A DNA stretch of 64,000 bases. It comes from a virus. Its lineage: Duplodnaviria > Caudoviricetes. The notes under the pieces are model-generated. The model saw nothing but the letters and a program-made list of their open reading frames with translations, was not told where the DNA came from and made no database searches. Every line of letters starts with the position of its first letter. Position 1 is the stretch's first letter. Positions 63,020 through 64,000 of the stretch are shown piece after piece. The stretch covers positions 573 to 64,572 of IMG/VR virus record IMGVR_UViG_3300042392_000853; one strand, given 5' to 3'. Made by a program: the position numbers and the translations under genes.

Positions 63020-63214
63020 CTAGTCGTCCCAAACAACATACTTGCGAAGATTGGCCGAAAGGCGCGGGTTTGCGGCGGCGCGGCGGCGCAATGCCGCGAC
63101 AACCTCGTCACCGTCGCCATTCTCGAAACAGCCGTCGAAGCGGCGACTAGTGCGGCGGCCTTCGGAAATGACCCTAGCAGCGTAGTTTACTCGGTCGGCG
63201 AAACTTCTGATCAT
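63020..63214 (-). CDS. Hypothetical protein
   Basis: AGGAGG RBS. Confidence 0.6.
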   Translation of the reverse strand: MIRSFADRVNYAARVISEGRRTSRRFDGCFENGDGDEVVAALRRRAAANPRLSANLRKYVVWDD

Positions 63215-63229
63215 GGCGCGGGCCTCCTG

Positions 63230-63484
63230 TCAGTCGGGCTGATATTCGATAATGAAGGCGTAACCGTTGCCGGCGGGCAGGTCCGCTCCGGCGGTGATCA
63301 GCCAGTCGCCTTCGCCCTCCGCCAGCTTGAAGCAAAGGGCCTCAGCCGCGGCACGGTGCGAGCCATCGCCGCCTAGGGCGTAATCATACGGCACGGTGAC
63401 GGATGCGCGCCAGCAGGTCGCCTTGATGCGGGATCCCCTGTGGTTCGTGGGGCCAAGATAGCGGGTGAGGATCGTTTGGGGCAT
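63230..63484 (-). CDS. Conserved phage early protein
   Basis: I.TRYLGPTN.RGSRIKA motif; AGGAG RBS. Confidence 0.75.
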   Translation of the reverse strand: MPQTILTRYLGPTNHRGSRIKATCWRASVTVPYDYALGGDGSHRAAAEALCFKLAEGEGDWLITAGADLPAGNGYAFIIEYQPD

Positions 63485-63639
63485 GTTGCCAGTCTCCTGA
63501 CGGGGGCGGGCCGCTATTGGCCCGCGCTCCCCGTCTGAATTGATAGATACGCGAGGGTTACAAATGGTGCAAGCGATTAATTGCAGGTCGGTTGTTTTTT
63601 TATGCGAGGGGGGTCTGAGGGTTTAGGGGCCTGTTATCT

Positions 63640-63815
63640 CTTGCAGCGTGCAACGCGACGCATCACGTTGCATCGTGTTGCAGATGTTGCAGCGCCCCTG
63701 AAATGCATCACCACATGCAACATGAGGGGGGCCCTATACGTAGTATAGGCCCCTCCGTGTTGCGTGATGCATCCGGCGCTGCGTCGTGTTGCACGCTGCG
63801 TTGCACGCTGCAAAG
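63640..63815. repeat. TGTTGCA/TGCA-rich array around a central palindrome
   Basis: Many (G)TTGCA/TGCAAC copies; GAGGGGGGCCCTATAC-GTA-GTATAGGCCCCTC at about 63724-63755. Confidence 0.6.
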
Positions 63816-63945
63816 CCTTTAACCGTCTGTTAGTCGGCGCTGAGACAGTGGCCAGGAAGGCGGTTAGCTGGCGGCTGTCAGGTCCGGTTAGCCTTCTATC
63901 GTGTAGCAGGTCGCGGCGCCCCTCGCACATGTGGGCGCCCGCGCA

Positions 63946-63975
63946 TTGACGGGGCGGGGCTTCAGGCTGTATAAC
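63946..63975 (+). promoter_or_regulatory. Rightward sigma70 promoter at the window end
   Basis: TTGACG-N18-TATAAC followed by a GGAG RBS at the window edge. Confidence 0.6.
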
Positions 63976-64000
63976 CCTTGGCCACTGATACGGGAGCGCA

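Larger units (their letters stand above)
1..64000. mobile_element. Tailed dsDNA bacteriophage genome (near complete, podovirus-like), probable Caulobacterales/alphaproteobacterial host
   Basis: Terminase-portal-scaffold-capsid-tail-ejection block on +, replication and early block on -; no host housekeeping genes; GcrA and GapR homologs; no long tape-measure or sheath gene recognised. Confidence 0.93.

Noticed and set aside
1-64000. Integrated prophage or terminal redundancy
   Set aside because: No integrase, att-like repeat or host genes seen, and the two window ends do not overlap in sequence

Overview
The window is most or all of a GC-rich tailed dsDNA phage genome, probably short-tailed (podovirus-like). 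The likely host is an alphaproteobacterium of the Caulobacter/Brevundimonas type, because the phage carries GcrA and GapR/DUF2312 homologs. The + strand (0.77-40.8 kb) holds small accessory genes, a structured non-coding island at 3.0-3.6 kb, an HNH gene, an intein-containing large terminase, portal, GroES-like co-chaperonin, scaffold, capsid, tail/fibre genes, a lysis cassette and internal virion proteins. The - strand (40.9-63.5 kb) holds an intein-containing SNF2 helicase, GcrA, VRR-NUC, PolA, GapR, SSB, a Cas4-like nuclease, two DNA methyltransferases, a primase-helicase, Cro, a beta-clamp-like protein and many small modular early genes. I saw no integrase, CRISPR array or rRNA. The most notable observations are: (1) the helicase intein has no in-frame endonuclease but contains a complete Zn-finger/DUF559-type endonuclease gene in another reading frame with its own RBS; (2) two tandem structured ncRNA candidates, one containing a 77-nt tRNA-like fold ending in CCA; (3) small genes built from shared ends and a recurring RBS/stop/start junction; (4) a Gln-initiated class 3 intein in TerL; (5) an HNH gene that has captured the N-terminus of a C5 methyltransferase. 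All family assignments come from reading motifs by eye; no searches were run.
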